NCBI RefSeq assembly: GCF_023055435.1
Contig: NW_025963791.1
Coordinates: 31,496,001 to 31,560,000, forward strand
Source: Haliotis rufescens
Taxonomy: Eukaryota
Length of the DNA stretch: 64,000 nucleotides
Direction of reading: 5' to 3'
Positions 1-11,553 of the stretch are shown here, in pieces (position 1 is the first letter of the stretch; each line of letters starts with the position of its first letter). Below the pieces are notes generated by a model. It was not told the origin of the DNA. It saw only the letters and a program-made list of their open reading frames with translations, and did not search any database. Made by a program: the position numbers and the translations under genes.

Positions 1-124
1 TTAAAATCGAAACATTGATTTAAACGGATTTAGAGCTTAAACCGGTCATGCATGTTCAACGATGTAAATAATTTATAGAACCTTCACTGGTTATCGAAAC
101 CGTTGGAAATACGCCCAGCACACT

Positions 125-362
125 ATAAGCGGAGTGTGGAAGGTCCGGGGTTTGAACACCGGCCGCGTCATACCAAAATACATTAAAAGATGTTACTTGT
201 TGTTACCCTGTCTGGCGCTCGGCATTAAGGGGCTAAAACAAGGACTGGTCGGCTCGGAGTCAGTATACTGTGTCTGAGTGGGGTATTCCTGTTAAACTGC
301 GGCATGGTATCTCAGTGTGCTAGCACTATAAAGCGGCATCAGTCCGGACTAGTACAAGTAGC

Positions 363-393
<31 letters not shown>

Positions 394-470
394 GCGTGCA
401 TGCACGTCGCTATATAAGTGATATAATCTTGGACACGACGTTAAACCCAATTTCACCTCACCTCACCTCA
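125..470 (+). mobile_element. tRNA-derived SINE, long family, (CACCT)n tail, internal (CA)n
   Basis: Degenerate B-box GGTTTGAACACC; body shared with 782-1010 and 42843-43128 (caaggactgg.ggctcggagt, ggcatggtatctcagtg.gctagcac); ends cacctcacctcacctca. Confidence 0.7.
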
Positions 471-781
471 TTTGAGTCATGATTCTGCGCAGTCGATCTT
501 CAATTCTGAATTCAATCAGTAAAGGAAACAACATTTCGTCCTTTCGGTATAGACCTGTTAAGTGTTTGGGTGAAGGAGTGACAAACTGTTCAAGTATGTA
601 TTATCATATGTTAATTGTACACTGATAAGAATAAGAAACTTTCAGTTAACGAATGCAAACCAAACTTGATAAGAATTTCAAATAGACCAAGCCAAGCCTT
701 TTTATACAGAACGCCCACACATGTCTCCTCACTGCCTTAGATGCACGCCCTTATGTTCTTCATTGTATACACGCCTTGAAC

Positions 782-1010
782 TGCCTCCGTGGTCTAGTGG
801 ATAGAGCATCTGCTTGGAGAGCGGAAGGTCGGAGTGAATATAATACGGTGGTGTCCATGTTAAACTGAGGCATGGTATCTCAGTGGGCTAGCACGATAAA
901 ACCGACATAAATGTGGACTAGTTAAAGCAGCCACACACAGGACAATGCTCGTGGCTGTCTAGGTGAACAAACCTTGAACTAGACGTTAACCCCATTTCAC
1001 CCCACCGCCA
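782..1010 (+). mobile_element. Internally deleted copy of the long tRNA-SINE
   Basis: A-box TGGTCTAGTGG; paralog of 42843-43128 with the B-box region deleted. Confidence 0.65.
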
Positions 1011-1721
1011 CATACACACAAGGGAATAAGATCGCTTCACTCATACTTGACACAATTTGACTTTCAGTCGAGAAGGAAAATATTTTTTAAGCATTACTGA
1101 GTGCTGTCACTAAACCAATGTCATGCGTGTGTTTGTCACCATTCATGTCACTGTTGTGCGATTACCGTCAGGTGTGGCAAAGGTGTATGGATGGAAGCAG
1201 CAGTACCAGAGACAGTTATACAATAACAACCAGTGACAGCTCTTTCAAGATGTTTTCTGACGGCATTGAATAATGATATATGATTAAAATAAGAAAACGG
1301 AAACGCCTAACGGCAATTACACAATCACCATATTGGAATGACAAAGGCTAAAAGGTTTACAAAATCTACCATTCTGTTACATGGTGTGTATGACGGCGCC
1401 TGTAACCATTCATTCAGTTGTTCCGGAAATAAACGAACTATTAGTACCACAGTAAAGCATGAACGTTGTGCCACTGTCTCCATCAGAACACAACGCGCCT
1501 CATTTGATAAATGAGACACACATACACAATTAAACCAAGTAAATGTTGAATAATTATACGAGGACAACAGGTAAACCTTGACGATTACTAAATATTTAAT
1601 GAAAAGAGTTAAAATGGTTTTTTTAGAAAATGAAACCTCTGAATAAACACTCAGAGAATATCAAATGGTTGGTACGAATATTTGTGTCCACTTTATTCAT
1701 CAAATATATCACTTTTTCACA

Positions 1722-1905
1722 TATATGACGAAGTTAGGCACATACTACATATATGACAAAGCCAGGTAAATACTACACAGATAGGGAATATAGATAGTAG
1801 ACAGAAAATGGATACAGGTAAATACTACAAAGATGATGAATACAGGTAACTACTACATAGATGATAAACACAGGTAAATAACATACAGATAATGAAGCCA
1901 GGCAA
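1722..1905. repeat. Degenerate tandem repeat, about 28-bp unit (agatgatgaagccaggtaaatactacat-like), about 6 units
   Basis: Recurring caggtaaatactaca motif; paralog at about 43783-43960. Confidence 0.7.
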
Positions 1906-2554
1906 ACAATTTGCGACTTGCGTGCATGGACATAGTATAAAACCAATAATTATCAATGACGTGATTATTACGTATAACGACCTCGCAGCCCATTATGACG
2001 AATAAAACGACATGGTTTTTCAGAAACAAAGAAAAAGAGGATGCATTTTGAAGACAAATTCTTGAACCATTTGAATAAATGTTAAAGAAGTAATTATTTA
2101 TCAGATTTTATCACAAAAAATTGTTCTCTGTGTGTCCTGAAAAAAAAGCATTGTGAAAAAATAAATTGTTCGGATTCTCCTTTCCAAACAAAATTGCGTG
2201 CCCTGAAGAAATAACATCATGTCTCTCACAACAGTCCTCCAACACTGCAATACCATTATGGGTTTGGTCGGAATTGTAGTGTCATCTTTATTTATGCTTC
2301 ATATACTACTATTTTACAGAGAGTAATTGTATATATATATTTAGTAAGCTAAACGTTGTGACATGGAACATGTACCTTGTGAGTTTCAATAGTTTTCGTT
2401 TTATACTCTGACACTAATTACTATTGTTATCGTCCACAATCCTGTTGAGGACTTGGTTTGTTGAGCGGATACTTATCATCCTGCTTGGACCTGGATCTCG
2501 ACTAAACCTTGTTTTTTGTCAGTTGTCTTGGTCTCACGTTGTAGCACGACCGAA

Positions 2555-3332
2555 TTAGTATCGACTACATTTGTACTCCTTCACTTCAGCATTACAACAG
2601 ATAAAGAAGGATTCGCGTGCATGACAGAAAATACTCTTCAGGCCAGACACGTTACCGTCTGACGTGAGCAGGTCTCTGACAAACTCTCCCGTCTCTGTCA
2701 GTTGTATGACCTTGTTGGAATTACTGTCCACCAGAAGTATGTCTCCCGTCCTGGCAGTGGAAATTCCATGAGGAACACCGAGAGCTCTGTCTCCGGTAGG
2801 GGCGTATCTCCACACAACATCCCCCTCTGATGTTAGACATGTCACAGACTTGTTCTCCCAGTCAGACACGACTATGTTGCCCTTGTTGTTGACACACATG
2901 TAGTCGGGGTAGGTAAATAGTCGCATATTGTTGTATGCATTAACTGACCTCAACACGAGCCCCGACATATCCAGGATATCAACACAATAGTCTGTACTTG
3001 CTGCTGGAGATGAAGGACTCAGAACAGCGAGACTGTAGTACCCAGTACGTGTTGTGATGGTTGATAGCAGCGCCAGGCCAGGGCTGACACCCACTGTTAC
3101 AATTTCACATGATTCGGGGACATCAACCAGCACCTGCTTCTCTTTCAGCTGTGTTACACCCCATGGAGATTGTTTCACACGACCCGTACTGAAACGTGGC
3201 GTCTTTTTTCTGGTGTAGAACGATGTTATGCAGTGATTGTCCCCGTCAGTGACTACAACTGTCTGTACACCGTCTACAACCAGGACTGCGACGTCACGGA
3301 TATTGAAGGACATTTTGGCACTGATCCGATAG
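2555..3332 (-). pseudogene. TRIM-NHL copy A: NHL-only remnant of copy E, 5' part deleted
   Basis: ORF 2555-3313 nearly identical to the C-terminus of 44602-45669; homology stops abruptly at 3332; no RING or B-box upstream. Confidence 0.85.
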
Positions 3333-3384
3333 TGTATGCACTCCAGTTTGCATATATGTGGTCATATGCACACAGTGCTTCAGT

Positions 3385-3966
3385 CAATCTCATTAAAATC
3401 AGATCTAAGTTCTCGCTGCCGCTAAACAAAGATCTGCGGACATCCTATAGTCAGAACGACCTTTCGGGAACTTTGACCTCCCACTGAAACGACTAACAAG
3501 AAGTCGACATCAGCCAATTATAAAGCAGCTTTCTCGAGCTTTGCGGCACTATTTTCAGACTACTTCCATTTCAGACTACGCTTGAAAAATATGTTGACAC
3601 ATTTCTCTATTGAAATTTAAAAACTGAACAGACGAACATTCCGGAATGTCTAATATATAGTTGTGATTGTATGGCAGTGCTTCCCACGAACTGTGCAACG
3701 CCTCCTCTGTTCAAATGTTTATCCCAAGGAAGCGAGACAGACGATCATTTTAACGGAATCATTCAAACGGGTCGTAACTGTCGTTCGGAATACCCCATGT
3801 TAACGTTTTCGAGGTTGCATGATTAGAAAACACATCACTTTCTTGATATGGTAAGCGACGCTTTGATTGGTCCGATGAAAGGTCGTTCTGACGTGACCCG
3901 TAATGGGATGTCCTCAGATCTTTGTTTAGCGATAGCGAGAACTAAGATCTGATTTTAATGAGATTG
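3385..3966. mobile_element. MITE with about 80-bp TIRs and 9-bp TSD (Mutator-like)
   Basis: caatctcattaaaatcagatct...agatctgattttaatgagattg; flanks tgcttcagt / tgtgtcagt. Confidence 0.8.
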
Positions 3967-6900
3967 TGTGTCAGTGGGCTTTAGTGCTGCAATCTCACTC
4001 TCATTGCAATGATTGCCTGTGTTTCTAGCATGAGTTTCTGTAATTACTGCCCTTCCTTCCAAATACTTGAACCTATCGAGGACATATCTGCACCGCCCGA
4101 CTCGGCGCCTATATATACGTGTTATCTATTCACTCAAGAGTAACCTCGACCCCCTTTTACAATCAACACTGGCAGAGCACACTATCGTCTCGGCACGTAG
4201 CCACCACTAGTTAGGTATAGGACCTATAGTAATCGAGGAACAATTGAGTGGATACGTTCACCGAAATTACAACTGGGGATTGCCTTTTATTTATATTATG
4301 TAACCGGTCAATGTCAATATATTTGAGTAATTGTAAAATTCAGGTAGCTTCTCAACTCTCTGTTGTAATAGAGTGGAATGATGTGATAACGTCTTGTTAC
4401 AACAGGCATCGATTTCAAGGCGTTTTGTCACTCAGATATCTCCAGCAGATTATGTATTATAGAAACAGTGAATGCTCAGTAACAGTTTGACATGATCTGC
4501 TTTTCAGAAAACGACAAGAGGTAACTTAATATCGGCCTTTCTGCTGGCTTTGCGTTAAGGTGTGGATTGCCGCCCTCAGATAAACTCGTCCTTTTCCGTG
4601 ACCGATCACTCGGCTAGTAAATCGCAAAAACTCGCCCCTGTCCGTAACCACAAAGAAGACTCGGCCGTGAATGTGAGCCAAGCGGGTAAAACTACAATAA
4701 CAGGCCTGCGTCTGAACACACTCGCGAATACAATGTTTTCGCGTTAAAAGTTCAGCCGTTTAATTTTCGTCTAATCACATATTTACGAAGTTACTTTTTT
4801 AGAAGCTTCTCTCCTAAATATATTTAAAATATACAACGGCATTTTGAAAAAATATAGTTTCAGCAGTGTAACTGTAAACAAAGCCTGCACTCGTCTGGAA
4901 TGATCACAGCAAGAATTGACTACAAACCGGCAATGGTTCAGTTGTTTTTGAATTCTTACAAAAGACTTTGTTCGTTCAAAACTGTTGAAATGACCCGAGA
5001 TGACCTTGGCAGATGGACATTTCTCCTCTTGACCTCTTACTAGTATCATCATCTTTGGCAGCTAAATGTTATTGGAAATTAAAATCTGTCAGGTGGTCTG
5101 ATTTTCTTAATTATGCCAGAATAAAATAGTACCTGGTCTCACAAATTAAAAAAACATTGATGTTTGTAAGGACAACATTACATTTTTGCAGGGAAATGTA
5201 TTTGGAAAGCCCCTGCTTTTGTAACGGACGTGATGGGCCAGTGTTAGACAAAGAAGGCCCATTTGTCTTGCGACGATACTAGGCCCAAATCTAACGATGG
5301 TTAACCCAAAGAGCAGTTTTGGATTGTGTCCAAATGTGGCAAAAACAGTTGTTTGTAAGCTTCTATTTATTTTAATGGTTTATAAAATTCGTTATGATCA
5401 TCTGCTCTTTTATTGATGGTGAATTCACCTCTCCAGTAAGTAGTTGTCTTCCGTCGACTTTATATACTCGTTGAGTTGACGTTATATCATTGATAATACA
5501 TTCAGAATAAAGTTTAAGAAAACTCTTTTTGTTGAAGATTGCATTTTCTTTTCTAAATACATCTGTGGTTGCACGAGTGCAAGCATACAAACTGTATTCC
5601 TCTTCACATACGGGTCCAGGATTGTTCGATTATATCAGGACCTAACTGAAAACGTAATTAAAGTTCCTAAATAATAGTTTTGAATACTGTAATTTTCACT
5701 TTGTTCGTTACAGTACATGTCTCCTATTACTGATCTACACCGGGTACAACGGTTACGGGAAACACTATCTTGACTTCGACCTTGCCGCCATATCGATGTC
5801 ATTCACTTTATTTCCTAGCCTTTAAATTATAATGGAGTATTATACATTTTTATTTTCAAACATTATATATTTCATATTACTCTATAAAAACAACAATGGT
5901 TTAATTGAACTTGCCTTATAAAAGGGTACAGGTTTACTCGCATTTGCAAACGAAGATGGAAACAAGTATATATACTCAAAGTTGCGACTTCCATTCCAGA
6001 CTAAGCTTTTTAAAGTATTCTGAATAAGTCAGACAGTCCGTAACATTTGTTTTGTGTTGAGCTTTAGAGGTTTCATGATTAGAAAAAATATTCCGCTAAC
6101 AATGTAATATAACAATATGAATATTTAATTTTTATTTTTTTATTACGTGTTTGTATCGTTATCTATCGTGTAGATTTTCGATCACGAACGTTGATATTAC
6201 TTAATTTCGTTTATCCGACATAACCGGGTTAACGGGACTTGACTGTATTACAGTAAAATAATGTCATGTAGAATAAAGGCAATAAACATCACTGTACGCA
6301 CATAGAGACATTCGTGTACATTGTCGTACCTACCTTCAGGGTTGACTACAGTTGAAAACATCGCCGTGTCATGCCTGTTTGTCTGAATGTTCTGCTCTCT
6401 AGCTGGTGGGCGTAAACATTGCTATCACAGGATAATCAGACACCCAAAGTCCAGGTCGAATGTCATAACGAAAGTACAACACGTTACTTCCTTCTACAGC
6501 AGTAATGGCTTATGTTCAATGATAAAAAGCAATATCCCAGTTCAAAAACGTGTTGTCTTAAGCTATGTGAATACTGGTAAATCTACGTTTTTACTGACTG
6601 GGTCAATGCATTGATAACAGCGATCGGCATTGCTCGCCCATTTCCGTGATCAGTCATTCGGGATGTGCAGGAAATATTTGGATGTGGATGATGGATGTTA
6701 AATGATCAAAAGTAATGACAGTAATACGCATTAATAATTGCGCCAATATATGTGCCCAAAAGGAGATCAGTATTAACGGTTCAGTGTGTCGTCTACAGTC
6801 TCATGTGCCTTATAGAACTATCCGTAAAAGAGAGAATCCATTCTTTTTCGATGATAAATGTCTCTCTTCAGCGACGCTAGAAATATGTGACCATTTGCTT

Positions 6901-7895
6901 GAGGTACAGTATATTTTTCGAATGACTGCAGACTGTTTAGTAACACGAAAGTCTGGTCAGCCAATCCAATTACCTATTCTCTGTTACAACATTGAATGTT
7001 AAAAATTAATAATTTTTTAATTTGATATATACACGATATACAACTTTTCCATTGGACGAGAAGTCGGTCACATGACCGCGAAATTGTCGTTCATAAGTGT
7101 ATGAACGACGCAATTTGACGTTCATACGTTTTTCACGAGACCGTGTGCTTGAAATGACGTAAAGATTAACGGACTACTTCCACATTCCTGGGAAAACGCG
7201 GGGAATTCCCTGGCACGAATACATACAGAAGCGTTCTTTCTTTACATTTAGACCCTTTAATCTTGATCTCAGCCTTTCAGTGTACATCGAGAAACGTCAG
7301 AGATTTTGACTGCATGATCGTTTAAGAATATCCCCGCTACGATCGAACCTATAGTAAACAAAACGAAGAAATGCACAACCAAACTATCGTAGTATCGACT
7401 CGATCCGTGTCTAGGATGATAGTGAGTCTACCACAATCTATGAATTCACCTTACTGTCTAATTAACACATCTTTAATCACCTTTCAATGATCGACCAGCT
7501 GAACAATGATGACTCAAACATGTAACCGCCACAGGTTCATTAGCAACTTCCGAAATCTCTCCCGTCACGTTTATCGTGTCGGCCATTTTGACGTTTTGTA
7601 CTTGATGTAAATGTATTACGACGCACTGTCATTGTTATTGACTTACTGAGGTATTTCTTAACAGGCATTTCTCATCTAATGAGGATATACATTTGTTGTA
7701 AAGAAACTACAAATGTTTTTCCTGTAGAGCATGTGGAGCATACATATGTTCATGTCACCTCACATTTTGAGGAACCATTTTTTTGCCGCGATACAGCTGG
7801 TTGTTGTATGGCTATCAGTGTAAACATGAAGTCATACAAAATGTTGCGTATAGATCTAGATCCTTTTAGGTACAAAATAGTGACACAAAAAATTA

Positions 7896-8064
7896 TAAGA
7901 ATTGACTTTCACTTTTGTGAGTTCATTGCAGGATGAACCTTCATATAGAGTGAGGGACAACATTGTATGAAGCTTAAAAGCTTAGACGTTCATACAGTTT
8001 GGCCTTCACTCTATATGGTGGTTCATACTCCAATGAACTCAAACAAAGTGAAAGTCAGTTCTTA
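7896..8064. repeat. Fold-back palindrome, about 75-bp imperfect arms
   Basis: taagaattgactttcacttt...aaagtgaaagtcagttctta. Confidence 0.85.
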
Positions 8065-9444
8065 AATGTTTCCACGCCTGGCAAGAAAATATCGACAACA
8101 TCATGTTTCATCAATCACTGCCGGTATCAAACATTTCAAATTCGCACATAAACAACATACATTGTTTTAAAGAAGCATTACCCCAACGGTTGACGCGAAA
8201 TACATCTGTCTCTTCTATAACACTTCGATAGCTTTGATGTAGCACTTTGGACTTGTGACTGATACATCACGTGCTTTAACATGTGGCGATATACTGTTCC
8301 CTGTTGTGATATGTTTCCGTCAGAGTATTATCATATACCATTCACTTGTTCATGTCACTACTGTCTCTGTCACTACTGAGTCCTCCAAGGACAGACAGCA
8401 TTTCACGCGACACAATATCTGTGTGTGTAAACTTTAAATCTCGCCTTCACATGTTGTAGTCAATGCCTTAAATCAGTCAATTTATAGTCATGCTACTCTG
8501 GACGATAGCCGGTTTCATAGTGATGGCTGAATGAGATACCATGCCACAGTGTTAACATGTATCACCGTCGAGGTGGAATGGGGTTCGGAGGCGCCGAATA
8601 TTGAATGACTCTGACGTCTAATGGACTATGATCATTGCAATTTTTTTTCATGAAGAGTGGCTTTTATCTCAACTATATTGTGTTTACAGTCACTTCTAAC
8701 TGACAATATACCCCCATGTCCTTCTTGTCCTCGTATGTTCTGTAATTTCATTGAAAGTGCATAATGACTCTGTATCATTGCTGACTATTTGCTTATTTCA
8801 TGATAAACAAACGCTTAATCTGGAATGTCTATACGTCTCTTTTGTGGAGCCTGATATATAGTTTGGTACATTTGTGTTCCCTCTTGGTGTGTGTTCGCAT
8901 GGGGCATGCATGCAGAGTTGGGTTATATTCTAACTGTCGGTAATCTCCAGGTCGGTTAAACCCCGTATTTCCTTTATAGAGTTAATAATATCAATCGCTA
9001 CATTGTCTGGTGGTCTCAGTGCAGTGTTAAACAACACGTACGCACGTACATTCCAGTTTGGTGCGTAAGATCTAAATCTAAAAATTGTGTGCCTGTCATG
9101 ATTTATGTGTGAAAGATTTTATGGAAAAGTTGGCCTCCTTAAATATATACTTTATTTTTTTTCAAAAATAGATTCTATGTAAACAAGATATTTCAAGTAA
9201 AGCAAAACATGGAAACAGACTTTGAACAATAGATAATTACCTGCAAGTCCCATACTTCATAATTACTGTAAAGGAGGATAATTCTCACCACTTGAAAGAT
9301 GGTTCTTAGTCTGGACTGACAATATCTCAGATTGGTATCCAAGATTTGCGATCCTGTCCAAGCAATAACTCTCGGATGATAAATACATTGGTGTTCAGGA
9401 ATTGACAGAAATAGTGAAACCATGACAGTAATAGAGTTCGTCAC

Positions 9445-9790
9445 ATTGACAATAACTGACTCATCTTTATGATTTCACAGGCAAGGCCTTCGATGATGGA
9501 CAGGAAGAGATGGCAATATTCTGTGACATAAGTAAAGCATTCGATCGTGTTTTGCACAAAGGTTTGTGATAGGAATTAAGCATGTGTGGAATAAAAGGGG
9601 TTCTTTTAAAATGGTTCCAAAGTTACTTATCTGTTAGAAAGCAATAAAAGTTATTAATGGACATCAATCGAATGTTAAACCTGTATTTGCCTGTGTCCCT
9701 CAAGGTTCACTGTTAGGACCCTTATTATTTTAAGTATTCACCAATGATATTGTCTGTGATGTACAATGGAATATATGCTTGTTTGATTCT
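9445..9790 (+). mobile_element. CR1-type LINE reverse transcriptase fragment, degenerate
   Basis: Translates to AIFCDISKAFDRVLHKGL...LLKWFQSYLS...VPQGSLLGPLLF, with stops. Confidence 0.85.
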
Positions 9791-10419
9791 TCACAATGAG
9801 TTAAAGATTTCTATGAACATGCACGCAAATATTTCTCACCAATAACTGTTTACATCTGATATACCTCATGTGACATAATTTCAAGTTCATACTGCTGTAT
9901 GACATATATACTACTTATCCTTGTTCGAACTTTAATGGGGAGATACTGAAGTATATATATATATAGGCTTTGCCTGTTTATCAATCACCATTCACTGTAG
10001 GAGTGGAATTAGATATTGTTAAAAACGCATTGACACACAACCTCATTCGCTGTCCATGTTATTGCGTTTCTTTTTCATCTTTAGACCACGCCATAGTATA
10101 ACTGAAAACTGTTCAACGCAGCATTAAATCATATTTTAATTAATTACCAACTCACTCATTCATCTACAAGTTAGATTTACAAAACTCTAACGTTGGTTGA
10201 CACGAGAACAGAGTTATATGTTGCATAGGATATGTTAAAATAGGTTCACAGATCAAAACGTTAATGTGTGGTTTCAGTCGCGTTGAGAAGCCTGTTATGT
10301 ACACAAGCGGCTAAAAATGTCAGTAACATAAACAAGGGGCTGAAACCAGTTACATATACAAGGGGATTACGACTGATTCACTATTTTAATGAGTTACGAA
10401 GGCAAAAGGTCTGTAACAG

Positions 10420-10900
10420 CCTCGATCACAGTTTATTACAAGTTGGAGTCTGTTGATGAGGATTGCTTCTTGGAATTTTCAAATCTTTGAAGTCTTTGAG
10501 GTTGATTGTAAGGGTTTTGATTTGGTCCCACTGGATGCTGTGGATGGGGTGATATGGTCTGATAAAGGGGATTTAGAGTCAACTTTGGACACTGAGCTCT
10601 GATGTTCTTTAATTCGGGTTTTGGGGAGCCTTGACGTTTTGCCAATGTAGGCATGTCCACAATTACACGGAATGTGGTACACAGCCCCTGATGGTTCTTG
10701 TTGTTGGCTGTTTGGCGGTTTTCCTTTGGCTTTGATGGCGTCAATGTTGGCCCACTTCTTTTAGAGTCTCTGAATTGTATGGCTGGCAGTTCCAAAAGGC
10801 TGATGACAAAGGGTGCAGATTGTTGAAGGGGATTTGGGGGTTTCCTTGGTGGTGCACTGTATTGTCTGCTGCACTAGCTCGGTAGGGGTTGTACAGTGAG
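10420..10900 (-). mobile_element. Penelope-like retroelement fragment, GIY-YIG endonuclease
   Basis: VYHIPCNCGHAYIGKTSRLPKTRIKEH motif. Confidence 0.8.
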
Positions 10901-11099
10901 GAGGCAATACAAAGCTATATGCAGAGTTACTTTCCTCCTGCGTATATTCGTACAAAAAAGGACATAAATGATTTAAAATTCGCATAAAGAAATTGGATGA
11001 AGGGCTTGATACCCAATGCTTACCATGCTATTCTAGATGACAATAAGTACAGACAGACTTTCAATGACGTTTGGCATAACCGAATACCCATCACAGCCT

Positions 11100-11101
<2 letters not shown>

Positions 11102-11159
<58 letters not shown>
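11102..11159. repeat. (GT)n microsatellite
   Basis: About 29 GT units; the paralogous 3' flank at about 30861 has only gtgt. Confidence 0.98.
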
Positions 11160-11160
<1 letters not shown>

Positions 11161-11553
11161 GCCAGCGTCTCGTGCATGCCTTGAGCAGTGTGCTATGTTT
11201 TTTCTTGGGACCTCTTTTTCGCTAAATTTGTGCTCAGGACGTTTATACTTCAGGTAGTATAAATCATAGCATTACGGTTAGACCAAGTTAACCTTCTGTG
11301 GCCGATGTCACCACAAGTATCTCTATAACAACTGTCACTAGTGGTGTCTTTCACCTTGTGATCACGTGGATTATTCATTGCAGGAAGTAACCTATTTGAA
11401 TATCGTATGTCGGCTTGACTGAAAAAGTGATACCCAAGACTGTTTTTATTATGTATTCTACTCTTTTACTCGATCTATTCTCTTTACATAAATTTACTTA
11501 TAACCTTTTCAGAATAACCTCATGCACAATCCATGATTGTTTTGTTTTTTCTA

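Larger units (their letters stand above)
470..7740 (+). repeat. Segmental duplicate of about 40230-45379 joined to about 54213-58740
   Basis: Colinear, high-similarity match visible in DNA and in paired ORFs (1325/43348, 2555/44602, 4248/55110, 5372/56206, 6715/57565). Confidence 0.95.

Noticed and set aside
4248-7002. Short ORFs repeated at 55110-57765
   Set aside because: Shared only because of the recent segmental duplication; no recognisable domains
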